A stretch of DNA of 60,464 bases, counting the filler, from Vannella sp. (taxonomy: Eukaryota): assembly GCA_023345925.1 (NCBI GenBank). It is 5 parts of 5 records of this genome, joined end to end, with 100 filler letters (N's around TTAATTAATTAA, not from the genome) between each part and the next. Parts side by side here need not be neighbours in the genome. Positions count along the whole stretch, not along the records: positions 11,205 to 26,322 come from JAJQQN010000351.1; 4 more parts are not named here. One strand, 5' to 3'. The notes beneath the pieces are model-generated. The model did not search any database and was not told the DNA's origin. It saw nothing but the letters and a program-made list of their open reading frames with translations. The translations under genes and the position numbers were made by a program. How positions within the stretch are numbered: position 1 is the stretch's first letter; the number at the start of each line of letters is the position of its first letter. This document shows, in pieces, positions 13,551 through 26,422 of this stretch.

Positions 13551-14850
13551 ATGGCAACCCCCTCCCAAACCTCCCAACCTACAGAGGGACGCGTCGCCTT
13601 CATTACTGGTATCACAGGACAGGATGGAAGCTATTTGGCTGAGTTCCTGTTGGAAAAAGGCTACTTTGTGCATGGCATGCTCCGGAAGTCTTCAACCTTC
13701 AACACCAGCCGGATCGACCATTTGACGAGCGACTCTCACTCCAAGGATAGAAGTAAGGCCTAATTGATTTACCTACGATTTATCCTGATGAGTACAGGGT
13801 TCTTCCTCCACTATGGAGACCTCACCGACATGGCTTCCCTTCACAAGCTCATTTCTACGATCCGTCCCGACGAAGTCTATAACTTGGCATCGCAGACGCA
13901 CGTGCGCTTCTCGTTCGACCACCCCGTGTTGACTGCTGAGTCTACCGGTGTGGGAGCCCTTCGCCTCCTTGACGCTATTCGCAACTGCGGCCTCGAGAAA
14001 ACAGTTCGCTACTACCAGGTAATATGTTTAGAAACTGAAAGCTCTTTGATGCTCACTCAACGTCCCCAAAGGCCTCCACCAGTGAGCTTTATGGAGAATC
14101 ACAGGTGATCCAGAACGAGCAAACTCCCCTCAACCCTTGCTCTCCCTACGCCATCGCTAAGGTTCGTACTTTGGTTTAGACCTTCTATGGTACAAGTTTA
14201 ACACATGTTGTAGCTGTTTGCCCACTACACCACCATCAACCACCGCAACGCTTACAACATGTTCGCCTGCTGTGGCACCCTGTTCAATCACGAGAGTCCC
14301 AGACGAGGAGAGACCTTTGTGACCCGCAAAATCACCCTCGGTGTTTCGAAGATCCATGTGGGTGTCTCTGATTGCATCTATCTCGGCAACATCGACTCCA
14401 AGCGCGATTGGGGACATGCCAGAGACTATGTGGAGGCTATGTGGTTGCTTTTGCAGCAAGAAAAGCCCCGCGACTACGTCATTGCCACTGGTTACACTGT
14501 CACCGTTCGCTACTTTGTGGAACAGGCCTTCAAGTGCATTGGTGTTACCATCCGGTGGGAAGGTGAGGGCGTCGACGAGATTGGTATCAACGCAGAAACT
14601 GGAGCAGTTGTTGTCCGTATCGATCCTCAGTACTTCCGCCCTACCGAGGTGCCCTTCCTCTGTGGTGATGCCTCGTTGGCCAACAAAGAGCTTGGCTGGG
14701 TTCCGAAGATCTCTCTTGAGGTGAGCCCCGTTCATCCCTTTGACAAACAACCAGTAAGCTAACCCATTTGTCCAGGAAATGTGCAAGGAGATGGTCGAAA
14801 GTGACTTGAAACTGATCAAGTTGAGGGCACTGGAAAAGAAGTTTGCCTAA
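13551..14850 (+). CDS. gmd: GDP-mannose 4,6-dehydratase (4 introns)
   Basis: [69 protein letters not shown]. Confidence 0.96.
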
Positions 14851-15099
14851 GTTAACTTGCTCTGGTTCTGCCATCATTCATGGCTGAGCCAGTTATTTAA
14901 TCCTCTCGAGGCACATACATCATCCTTTCCATGTTCCACACTTGTGAGCCCGTCTTAACCCTGCTTGCCAGACAGAGGCTGGTGATGGGCAACTCTTTGG
15001 AGGCTGAAAATGGCGCATGCGAGGCCCGGAGACTCGAATTGAAACTTTGCAGATTATTTATGGTCGATTTCTAAAGGGGACTTACAATTTCATTCCATC

Positions 15100-16224
<1,125 letters not shown>

Positions 16225-16280
16225 TCTGAATTGCTCAGGAAGGAGGGCGGCAACACTGGCACTCTAAAAGGGGTTCCCAC

Positions 16281-17222
16281 TCAACTTCTTTCACTTTTCA
16301 TCCTTTGGAAGAGCGCTCTGAGAGCTTGATCGATCGGGGGAAGGTCAGGATACTCTGCCAACAGTTTGGTGACATCCAGAAAGGTGTTTGACCGAGGTGC
16401 AATGAGGATACGAGCCTGTTCTTCCTCCGTAAAGTTCTGCCAGGTGAAGGAGGGGTCGATGAGATCCTGATAGAGCTGAAGGAGGAAGTTGTGAGAGACG
16501 CAGCCAGGGTTGGTAAAGTTGTAAATGCCCGTTCTCCCCTTCGCACAGAGGTCCACTGCCAGAGGAAGGAGATCTGTCAAGACACTCATTGAATTGGGCA
16601 CGTCCACCACCCGCTCGTAACCGATCAGTTTCGTTAGGAGCGATCGCTCATGCAAGTCATCAGACAGTGGCATCCTCAACCGGAGGATTAGACAAGAGGG
16701 GTAATGCTGTAAGAGACCTTCTGTTACGGCTTTACTGTAGGAGTAGAAAGAGCCCTGAAAGTTGGGAGAGTCCTCTTCGGTCACTCCCCGCACGGACGGA
16801 AGCGGGCATTCTGTTGGGTGGGGCGTGGGAAATGTGGTACTGTACGTGTAGAGGCAACCCGTACTAAAGTAAGTGAGATGCACTCCCAAGCTTGCGCAGA
16901 GGGAGGCAACATTCAGAGCTCCTATGACGTTTGACTGGAGGGTTTCGTCCTTGTGGGTCTCACACCAATCCACATTAGGTCTTCCCGTCTTTCCCGCACA
17001 GTTGATTACACGCCACAGAATAGAGCGTGGAGGGTTGTGCCAGTTTCGCATCTCTTCTTCTACTTGAGCCCGGTTCTCCAGTCGGGCGAGGCCAGCCACC
17101 ACCTGCATTTGCTCTACCTCGGACGAACTCACCCCTTTTAATAGATCCACCATCTTCCCACCCACCCAACCACTCGCTCCATACACCAACACCACCCGAA
17201 CCACCTCCCTGTCGGAGTCCAT
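16281..17222 (-). CDS. UDP/dTDP-4-keto-6-deoxyglucose 3,5-epimerase/4-reductase (NRS/ER-type, L-rhamnose synthesis), intronless
   Basis: VYGASGWVGG, NCAGKTGRPNVDWCE, PNFQGSFYSYSK, LRLRMP, GIYNFTNPG, APRSN: motifs of plant NRS/ER and the RHM C-terminal domain. Confidence 0.92.
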   Translation of the reverse strand: MDSDREVVRVVLVYGASGWVGGKMVDLLKGVSSSEVEQMQVVAGLARLENRAQVEEEMRNWHNPPRSILWRVINCAGKTGRPNVDWCETHKDETLQSNVIGALNVASLCASLGVHLTYFSTGCLYTYSTTFPTPHPTECPLPSVRGVTEEDSPNFQGSFYSYSKAVTEGLLQHYPSCLILRLRMPLSDDLHERSLLTKLIGYERVVDVPNSMSVLTDLLPLAVDLCAKGRTGIYNFTNPGCVSHNFLLQLYQDLIDPSFTWQNFTEEEQARILIAPRSNTFLDVTKLLAEYPDLPPIDQALRALFQRMKSERS

Positions 17223-17351
17223 AGAAAGGGCTCGCAATGATAATGCCAATCCAAGGAGAGAATATCAATATCAGAGATGATAGGAAGAAAAATGGTCGCA
17301 CTTTTGAAACTGCGAAAAAGTTCCGAATTTTCCTGTTTTTTGGCTCCCGCG

Positions 17352-18892
17352 ATGGCGTACACCACTCAAGACTCTGGAGATCTCTCCACTACCGACTACC
17401 GTTTGTTTGCGAGTGCGTTAAGCTCGGGAAGAGTAGGTGTGATAACTGATGGGAGAATGGCTAGAGAGGGATGGAAAGTTCGTGTCCTTCCTGCATGACA
17501 TCCCCCTTTACGCCAACGAGGAGAAGACAGTCCTCAACATGGTCGTGGAGATCCCTCGTGGCACCAATGCCAAGATGGAGATCTGCCTGAGCGAGGAGGG
17601 AAACCCCATCAAGCAAGACGTGAAGAATGGAGCTCTTCGCTTCGTTCATGACATCACCCCTTACTCTGGTTACATCTGGAACTACGGAGCGCTACCTCAG
17701 GTGTGTGCTCCCTCGCCTCTCTTTGCCTCTGCTCAATCTCGCCCTTAGACGTGGGAAATGCCAACTCACAAGCACCCCGACACCGGCTACTATGGTGATA
17801 ACGATCCTCTTGATGCCTGCGAGATTGGAACTGCTGTGGGAGTACGAGGGCAGATCAAGCAGGTGAAGCCTCTTGGTGTGATGGCGTTGATCGATGAAGG
17901 TGAGTTGGTCCCCCTTCCACTCCTAGCAAGGCGGCGTGTCTTACCTGTGGCGTGAAGGTGAAACGGATTGGAAGGTTCTTGTCATTGACGTGACCGATCC
18001 ACGAGCGGACGAGTTCAACGACATCAGTGACGTGCAAAGACTCTTGCCTGGGTTCACCATGGCCACTTACGAGTGGTTCCGAACGTACAAAATCCCTGCT
18101 GGCAAGCCTGCCAACGAGTTTGCATTCGGTGGTGAAGCCAAGGGGCGCGCGTACGCTCTTGACGTCGTTGCTGAGAACTACGAGTTCTGGCAGCGCCTCG
18201 CCACTGGTGCGATGCCACCAAAGGGCGACAAGTACAACATCAGCGTGTGAGTGCATTCCATCACTTCTGTTGCCACTCACCAACAAGAACGCAGCGCCAA
18301 CACAACCCTCGAAGGCTCCTACAAAGTCGACGAGCTTCAGGTCGCCCTGAAGGAGTTTGTCCCTGTTGCCACTCAAAAGGCTGCAGAGCAAGCTGCCCCT
18401 GTCTCTGTCAAACAGATTGTGGAAGAGAAGCAACGAAACTCTCCTCACGGAACTGCAGAGCTCTCTCAAGTGGTTCAAGCTTTGGCTGCTGCAACTCAAA
18501 AGGCTGTTTCTGCAGGCCCTGCAGGCATTGCTGAGGTCCTCAAGGCTCAAAACTTGGCTGCTGTTTACAGCTCTGAGAGTGAGAGCGCCTTGTCAACAAA
18601 TAACGAGGGCCACTACACAGTCTACTTCTCAGCCAAGGATGGTTTGGTGACTTACGGAGTTTACCAAAAGGCCACCACTCACCGCATCGAGTTTAACCTT
18701 GCCAATGAGGTGACAGCAGCTGGGTATGATCTCGTTGCAGCTGCTTTTGCCCGCGCTGGAAAGTTCACTTTCTCCACTCGCCACGGCGCTGTCAGTTTTG
18801 GTGCTGAAGGGGTTGTCGAGGCGGACGCTGTCCCCTCTGTGGAGAGCGAGAGCCTTCTTGCAGTCAAGGCCCCTTTGGCTTTTTTTGCCTAA
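17352..18892 (+). CDS. ppa: Family I inorganic pyrophosphatase with ~190-aa C-terminal extension (degenerate FBPase-like domain)
   Basis: [62 protein letters not shown]; intron 18247-18294 links in frame to ORF 18251-18892. Confidence 0.9.
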
Positions 18893-18987
18893 CAACCTCC
18901 GGAGGGAGAGGGATCTTCTCTCGGCTTTAGAGAGGTGGAACGAAGGAACTAAACTTCAGGAAACGGAATAAGCGATTACGGCATTAT

Positions 18988-21900
18988 TTAGTCTATTGGG
19001 GTAATGGATTTGATCACTTCAAGTGCATAGCGAGACATCTCAGCCATGGCCTGGTCGTCGAAGGAGACGGTTCGCTGTTGCAAACGCTCTAAATAAGTGC
19101 GAAGTTCGGTACCGAGGCGAACTGGATCCACGGCTAAAGAGTTTTCTTTCCAGGGGTACACAGCTACCTGGAGGAGGAGAACGCTCAGGGCTTGTTGGAA
19201 ATTCAAGGCGCACAGTTGGCTGAGTTCCTCTTCGCCTGAACGGAATCCTGCGGCGCACGTCAAGGCACAATAGAGGAGAATGCCCAAACATGGCTCAGGT
19301 TGTGGTGTGCTGGCTTCAAGGCTTGGAGTAAACAAGACAAAAAGATTGGAAGGGTCAAAGTGTGGACTCCACGGTTTGGGAGACACTTGAAGAAGGAACA
19401 TCAGAGAGTGACTAACAATTCGGTGCATTTGCAGCCGAACCATTTGGTGGAATGTAGACGCTGCAGCGACACTGGAAGTGTTTTCTGTGCTCTTCCAAAT
19501 ACTCTCCGAAAACGAGAAGGAAGAAGAAGTGCGAATCGTGTTCCGCCTGGAAATGGGAGATTCAACCTCTGGTTCCTTGCTGGCGATGGGCAGAGTGGGG
19601 CTTTCAGCGTTGTCTTTGTGCTCCTGCTCTGTTTGAGGAGTAGACAAAGCGAGGAGCTGCTGGGGCTTAAGAAGCACTAAAACTACAAACTGCAAAACTG
19701 AGCGCATGTGCGAAGCAATTTCAACCATGCGAGGGCTAAACCCGAGCTGCCGATGGTCTAACGAATGGGCCCATCGAGCGAAGAAGAAGGTAACCAGTTG
19801 TACCTCTTCCAAGTAACCCAAGGACAGAGAAGATGGATCAATACTTGAAGAATTCGAGTTCGGACTATTTTGCTGCGGATTAGAGAATACATTCCATCTG
19901 TGGAAGAGGCGAGATTGGTGAATGACCACAAAGCGGAGCAGTAATTGTTGATTGGCATCTTGTTTCGGTAAAGAGGACGCAAAAAGGCCAACCAATTGCA
20001 CCATTTCACACCAAAGTTGATGAAGAGGATTCCGGATGGAGGCCAAGTAAGGGGTTGTAAGATCTCCTCCAAAAAACGCTTGTGAGGTATCGCAAAGCAC
20101 AAAGAAGAGGCGCTGTCTCACTAACTGTTGCGCAGTCTGCGAATCCTCAGCAAGAGCGAGGAAAAAGGGCAAACAAGAATGCTGGACCTTTGAAGGAGGA
20201 AGCATTAGAGTTCGGGCTAAACTCGCCACTCCGCTTGAGAAGAGCTCAAATTTGTGCAGGAAGGAGACAAGGACTTCTTTGTTGGAGGTGCGGCGGACTG
20301 CCCGAGCCAAAAGAAGGTAAGCCACTTCTTCCAATGCTGAGATGTGAATTATTGGAGCCACAACAGCAACGATTCTCATCGATATGGAGTCACTCTCTTG
20401 GGTCGAAAGTTCAGGGCAAGGCGTATTAGCCAAAAGAAGAGCACTTAAAAGGGTTTGCACAACAGTTTGTTCGTCTTCTTGAATTTTGAGGACGTTGAGA
20501 GAGCGAATAAAGCGCTCAAGAGAATCAAGGAATGCAGTCTCGTCCAGAAGGGAGGAGTTATCCTTCGTGATTGAATTGCAATGCCTCAAAAGAACAACAA
20601 GGAGCTCTGAGTAAGGTCCCAGTTTTTGAATGGAAGGTGTTTCAGCGTTAATCTCTTCCGCCAGAGCATTCATCAATTCAGTGATGAGCCTGGAAGGTAG
20701 TTGAGCACCACCCAGCTCCTTTGAAAGAGGAGATCCAACCTTGCAGATCATACTTATGATCGTTTGAAGAGCGCCAAAGGCGCTCATCTGAGCACGAGTA
20801 TTTACGCTTGAATTATTAGCTTCTTCTAACAAGTGAATAAAGTACTCAGCATTCAGCTCTACTTCGTAGGAAGCTTGTAGTTTGACTTCATCAGAGTCTG
20901 AAAGTTTGCGGGCGGAAAGTCTCAGATCAAAGAGGGGTGCAGGAGTGAAAGAGTAAGATGCTGCTCGGTAGGCGAGCAGTGAAGGATTAATTCCTTGTGA
21001 CTTAGCGAAGTGGATGGCCTTGGGGATGGCGCCGGAACATAAATCGGGGCTGCAGAAAGTTTTCAGTGCAGGAAGGAGTTGACTGGAAAGAAAGGGACCA
21101 AGACACTCCGACTTGAGGAGCGGCGCCAGAGTGAGAGGGGTTTGGCACAGTTCTTGGGCAAGAATTTGGAGAGCATGGCCTGCCATCGACAAGGATAAGA
21201 CACTCATTGAGTGACCTTGAAGAGGGGCCAAAATGCCTTTCAAAAAGTCACTTTTTTCTCTCAAAAGGAGATTGACAACTCTATGATCAGGAGCGCGGGT
21301 CCAAAGCGCGAGCAGCATACTCAATGAAGCTGCATAAAGCTCGGGCTGCGTTCTAAGATTGTCCGGGGAGTCGGCAAAAAGAGAAAGAACCCAACTGATT
21401 GGCCCGTATGCTTTGGGAGGCTTATCCAGTTGTAGGAACATCTCTGCCATTCCTACTTGATACTCGAGCGTGGTTGTCACAAGTTCGAGAATCTCTTTTT
21501 CCACCTCGCGATTGCCACCTCCAAGTAATTCCATCAACTTGGAGCAAACTGTCGATGCTTCTGCTCCCAGATAGGCTACAACAACTGGTCGCCTCTGAGA
21601 GAAATCGGACAGAAGCGTTAACTTGCACAGATGGCGGAGGATACGCGCTGCTACCGGAGGGAGAGAAGCGTTATATCGGTACAATATGAACGAGGTTATG
21701 ACACAGACAAAGTTGTTTTGGTTATTGCGGTCATAACCAGTAAATCCCATGAGAGCATGTTCCAGAGAGGACTCGCCTTGGCTGATACCTTCCCGCTCGA
21801 CAAGGACCTGCTCAAGGACTTCAAAGGCTGCTAAAACTAATTGTTCCACTGTCTGAAGCTCTGATGAAGTAGGACGGGTAGCTCGCAGGTGGATTAGAGT

Positions 21901-24511
21901 CCTACTACCATTATTAATGATATCCAAGAGAACTCCGTTGAAGCTACTGTCGTAGAGTAAAGACTGGAGCAACTCTTGCTTCATATTACAAAGCGCTGCG
22001 CTGGATTCAAAGTTGAGGGCATTGTCTCGCAGAGTATTTGAGGAGAAGCCAACCTGAGGAGATCCGCTGTGGGGCAAAGAAACATCGGTTATCACGAGTT
22101 GCAATAACCTCATGAGAGAAAGACCAATCTCCCAGCACTCTGCAGTACGCACAAAGCTCCAAGAGTGGAGAGGTACCCAGATCTGGCAAGTAACAAAACG
22201 CAAATAGCGTTCAAAGTTCTGTTGCAGAAGCAAAGCAGAGTTATCAAGAGGGAGAGTCCACCTTTGAACGTATTTGAGAAGAAGATTCAGCAGTCGGAGG
22301 AACGCTGCTGTTAATTGAAAGCGGCCAGAAGGTATCTCAAAACGTTGCAGGAGAAGATACATTCCTCTTAGCAGTACGCTTTCTCCTTGCCCTTGGGAGT
22401 CTCGAACAAGCCCACTTATGGCAGGAGCAGCCCAAATCTCTCGCGCCCTTGTTGGTGCAAAATCTGCTAAGCAGTGAAGAGCTAAAGTGAGTACACGAGC
22501 CACAGCGGGGCTGACTTCAGACATTGAAAGGGCCAAATGACCGAAAATTGCAGAGAACAGCTGGTCCCATGATTTTGAAGGGGGAAGCACTTCTTGTAGC
22601 AGAGCGACCAAGCTTCCATCCTGAGAGACCAAGGTGTGGATCAGGTCGAGAATGCAGCCTATTCTTTCCATTCGCGGGATGAGATGAGATTGATCCACCC
22701 CTCGATTAGCGAGCTTAGCAAATTGATCAAGTTGATAGTAGAGATGGAGCCACCCCGAGTAAGACACCTGCCAAATGATGCACTCTCCCACGACTTGCCC
22801 TCGAGTACCTTTGGGAAGCCAGATGCCTTCACAGCGGAAAGGCCCTTCGACATAAATATTGGGGTAGCGATAGGCAACAGCTTGTGTTTGGAGAATTTGG
22901 GGATTCTTTTGCACTTTGAAAGATTCCAAACTGTTGAAAAAATCGAAAGCAGTCCGAGCGCAAGCTTGGCCGCCTCCCAAAGAGGCCATTACACACACTA
23001 GAAGCTCCAATCGAATAGGAAATTCAGATTCGATAGTGTTCAGGAGAGATCCAGGGGATAATGCGGCGTCTTGAGCCCAAAACACTTCGCAAAGTTCAGC
23101 TTCTCCGCGATAGAGGCTGCAATACAGTCCTACAATGAGTTGGGCATCATTTTGGAGCAGGTTTTCGACACTGAACTTTGTGAAAAGAGACGAAAGCAAT
23201 TCACTCAAGACACTTTTGAAAGCGACTCGGTTGGTTTCGTCTTGTGAGATGGGGCCAGTCTCAAGGAGGTTGGTTAAATAGGAGAATACTCCGCAGTCGA
23301 GAGAAGACTGAAGGATGCTTTGATAGTCAGACGACTCAGCACTCTCGGAGCTTTGAAGAAGCTGTGCTCTTGCAATGGACCATGCGAGGAACACAGGGCC
23401 GTGGTGGGCTTGAGGGCGCTGTTGAAACTCTCTCACTTGATCGTGAATTCCCTTAGCGATCTCAGGTTCGGTAAATAGGAAGTGCTGGCACTGTTCTCCG
23501 GGGTCTGTGGAGTACAAACTCTCCAGTTGGAAGGCTTCGATGAAGATAAGACCGCTCAAAGCGTTCAATGTCGCTACTGCAGCGCGACCTTCATCGTTCA
23601 ACAAAGCAAAGTGAAGCTGCTTTGACCCAAAGTTCGACTCCGAAAGCAGCCGAGTGACTGAAAGAAGGTGCGATCGCAAGTAGCGACCGTCAAAGAAGAG
23701 GTAAAAGATGATGTGTAAGAGAGAGACCTGTTCAGCCACAGCCTGGTTGGCCCAAAGCGTGGCCTGTTCCTGATTCTAGTCTCTGTCAGCCTCGTCACCT
23801 CCCCTTTGGCCCTCCTACCAGGTGTGCAGGCACTTTCGCCTGATCCATCAGCTCTTTAAACTGACGAGAAGCACTTTTGAGGATGTCCCCTTCGTGCAAA
23901 AGGGCAACAACCTGTGGAATGGGCGAGTCCGGATCTTCATCGTCGCCTTTGCTTGCCAGTTAAGGTGATATCGCTGTCAAAGTGTAGCACTTACTCCTCA
24001 ATAGACTGATGGCACACTTCAGAGTCGTAATGCGCTCTTCGTAGTAGAAGCGTTGAAGCTCGAAGAGTTCGGGGAGCCGATCAGAGACCATGAAGCGGTG
24101 GTTCGCAAAGTTACGGAACACGTCGAAGCTCTGCAACTCATCAAGCTCCTTCATAACCAGCAGAGTGAGTTTAGAGTGGGACAGAGAGAGAGCACCACTG
24201 ACCAGAAGATCACTCAGCGAAAGAACAAGCTGCATGACTGCAGGACTGATCTGCACGACCTCAGAGCCCCCAAACTCCTCAGGGGGAGCTGTAGGCTTCG
24301 CCTGCAAGGTGGCTCGCGAGGCCGAAGAGGGCTTCTTGAAATACTCCAAAAGAGAAACGAAGCGTTCCTTGTTCTCCAGAAGCTAACCTTCCCGTCAGCA
24401 CCCACACAGAAACACTCCACTCCAACCTACGCTCTCTTTCGTGAGGCCTCCAGAGCCCAGATCGCCCAGCAGCTCGAAGAGCGTCCGGCTCGAGGTCGCC
24501 GCCGGGACCAT
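18988..24511 (-). CDS. NUP188: Nucleoporin Nup188-like scaffold protein
   Basis: N-terminal LLEYFKKPS..LSDLL(intron)ELDELQS..FYYEERITTLKC resembles the Nup188 N-terminus; HGPVFLAW; long helical solenoid, main exon 18988-~23750. Confidence 0.75.
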
Positions 24512-24697
24512 CCCGCTATGAAATGGCATTTAATCCGGATTTTAATTCTCCCAATTCACTTTAAAAGTCATTTTAGCCGTTTGAGGGCCAAGTCGGCAAT
24601 GTTCGCTCTTTCCCTGCGCAGGACGTTGAGAAGAGTCTGTTTTATGGTTGGAGAGGTGGAAAGAGAGAGCTTGGAATGAACGAGATCGTTGAGGCCC

Positions 24698-25153
24698 TCA
24701 CCGCTTCCCTTCAGAGACGACTTTGGAGCAGCTTCCGCACAGAAACTGTCCTTGAAGGAGGAAGAGATCGCCTGCGGCGCGGGGCTGGCGCTTGCAACGC
24801 GAGCAGGTAAGACAGAGTGGGTGGAACAGGTGTCCGTGAGCCTCCACGAACTGATCTTGAATGATCTGACCACATCCGGCTCCCGGGGCCGTGTGGTCTC
24901 CCGCCTTCTCACCACAGTACGATCCAAAGAGCTTCTTATCACAGGAGAGACAGAACACACGTTGGTGGCGCTCCACAAAGTCAGCAGTGATGTCCTCGTT
25001 GCAGAAGGAACAAGTAAAGCAGCCGCTGGGGTGCCACGTTAGTCCCGCCGCCTGAATAGCTTCCGTAGCTCCCAACAGTCTCTGGCATTTGTGACAAGAA
25101 GGGCCTTGTCCAACATCAAAGAGGGAAGCCGATGGGCGAAGGTCCGTGGACAT
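24698..25153 (-). CDS. Two-LIM-domain protein
   Basis: CHKC..WHPSGCFTCSFC..FCLSC and C..GCGQII..FHPLCLTCSRC..LCGSC. Confidence 0.88.
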   Translation of the reverse strand: MSTDLRPSASLFDVGQGPSCHKCQRLLGATEAIQAAGLTWHPSGCFTCSFCNEDITADFVERHQRVFCLSCDKKLFGSYCGEKAGDHTAPGAGCGQIIQDQFVEAHGHLFHPLCLTCSRCKRQPRAAGDLFLLQGQFLCGSCSKVVSEGKR

Positions 25154-25723
25154 TCGGGAGGGAGCGAGAGGAAATGTTACGCGGATGGCTCGAAGAGGCG
25201 GAACAATCGAACAGAGTGGTTCGAAGAGAGTGACAGGAAGATCTTCCCCAAGTGAGTGGCGAGTCTACGGGGCTGGAGCTCCAAATAGCTAACTAAGGCC
25301 TCCTTTGGTGCTCTGAGTCAGTTTCAGCAAGGACTGCAGCGGAACTACCAATAGAGGGGGTCTTCTGATAGTTCTTCGGCACTCTCTCAGCAGGCAGGCC
25401 CAATGATCTCGAGTGACGTGGCGAAAACGAGTCAAATCTCGGAAGAAGAGACTGCCAAAGCATTGGCTACTGAGACTGAGGCCAAACAATACCTCTTCAA
25501 GCACTTCCAGCGAGTCAGGAAGCCGACACTTTTCCTCCCAAGTGAGTTTCCTTCACGTTAATGAGAATGGTTGGCTCAAACGGACACTTTAAGTCACAAC
25601 ACAATAGGTGTGGTGTACACCTTGACAGCGGACTAGTTGTTGATGCCTCGGCTGCAGATTCCGTTCTTTTGAACGGATCCAACATCGACTTTGTGACCAA
25701 ATCGCGGATGTTCTCGTACTTGA

Positions 25724-26194
25724 TCATGGTCGGTCTTCAGCCAAATCAGCAGAAACTTCATCGTCCACCTCCTCTTGCAGCTTCTGGATCAAGCCGGAGT
25801 CCTTGTCGAAGAGGAGCCACTTGTTTTTCATGCAGTAGCTGAAGCCAATACTCATTGACTGACCAACAGCTGCCTGGATGACCTTTTAGTGTTGAAGAAT
25901 GGAGGGAGAGTGACTTACTTCAACCTCAACCTTCAAAGAGCCGTCTTTCGACACTTGAGCGAAAACTTGGTACTCTGGTGATCCTTCCTCAAGAACAAGG
26001 AGTCCCTCAGATGTCAGAATGGAGATCTCCTTGGTTTGGCTTCCGAGAATCATCATGTCCTTGCTCTCCAAGCTCTTCAAGACCCCAACCAGGCTCTCGT
26101 GATCCCAGCCTCTCTCTTGACATAACTCACGAGAATCCCGGATGGTGCCCTTGTCAATAAGTTGTAGAACCGTTTCCTGATCCAGTGCGTTCAT
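25724..26194 (-). pseudogene. Truncated phenylalanyl-tRNA synthetase alpha subunit, N-terminal domains only (pseudogene or stand-alone module)
   Basis: DHESLVGVLKSLES..LTSEG..EEGSPEYQVF, intron, IGFSYCMKNKWL..VDDEVSADL then TGA at 25724-25726; no catalytic domain before the next gene. Confidence 0.65.
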
Positions 26195-26250
26195 GGATCG
26201 GTGGATAACTGAAGGAATTCCTGCTGCTCGTGCCCAGACCACTTTCTCCA

Positions 26251-26315
26251 AAGGGTGCAAAGGGTGCAAAGGGTGCAGAGGGGTGCAAAGGGTGCAGAGG
26301 GGTGCAAAGGGTGCA
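26251..26315 (+). repeat. G-rich minisatellite: 7 copies of GGGTGCA with AA/GAG spacers, at contig end
   Basis: aagggtgcaaagggtgcaaagggtgcagaggggtgca... Confidence 0.9.
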
Positions 26316-26322
26316 ATCTGTT

Positions 26323-26422
26323 NNNNNNNNNNNNNNNNNNNNNNNNNNNNNNNNNNNNNNNNNNNNTTAATTAATTAANNNNNNNNNNNNNNNNNNNNNN
26401 NNNNNNNNNNNNNNNNNNNNNN
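26323..26422. other. Artificial contig linker
   Basis: N44-TTAATTAATTAA-N44. Confidence 0.97.

Noticed and set aside
26251..26315. CRISPR-like array
   Set aside because: Units are 9-10 bp with no unique spacers, in a eukaryotic context with no cas genes
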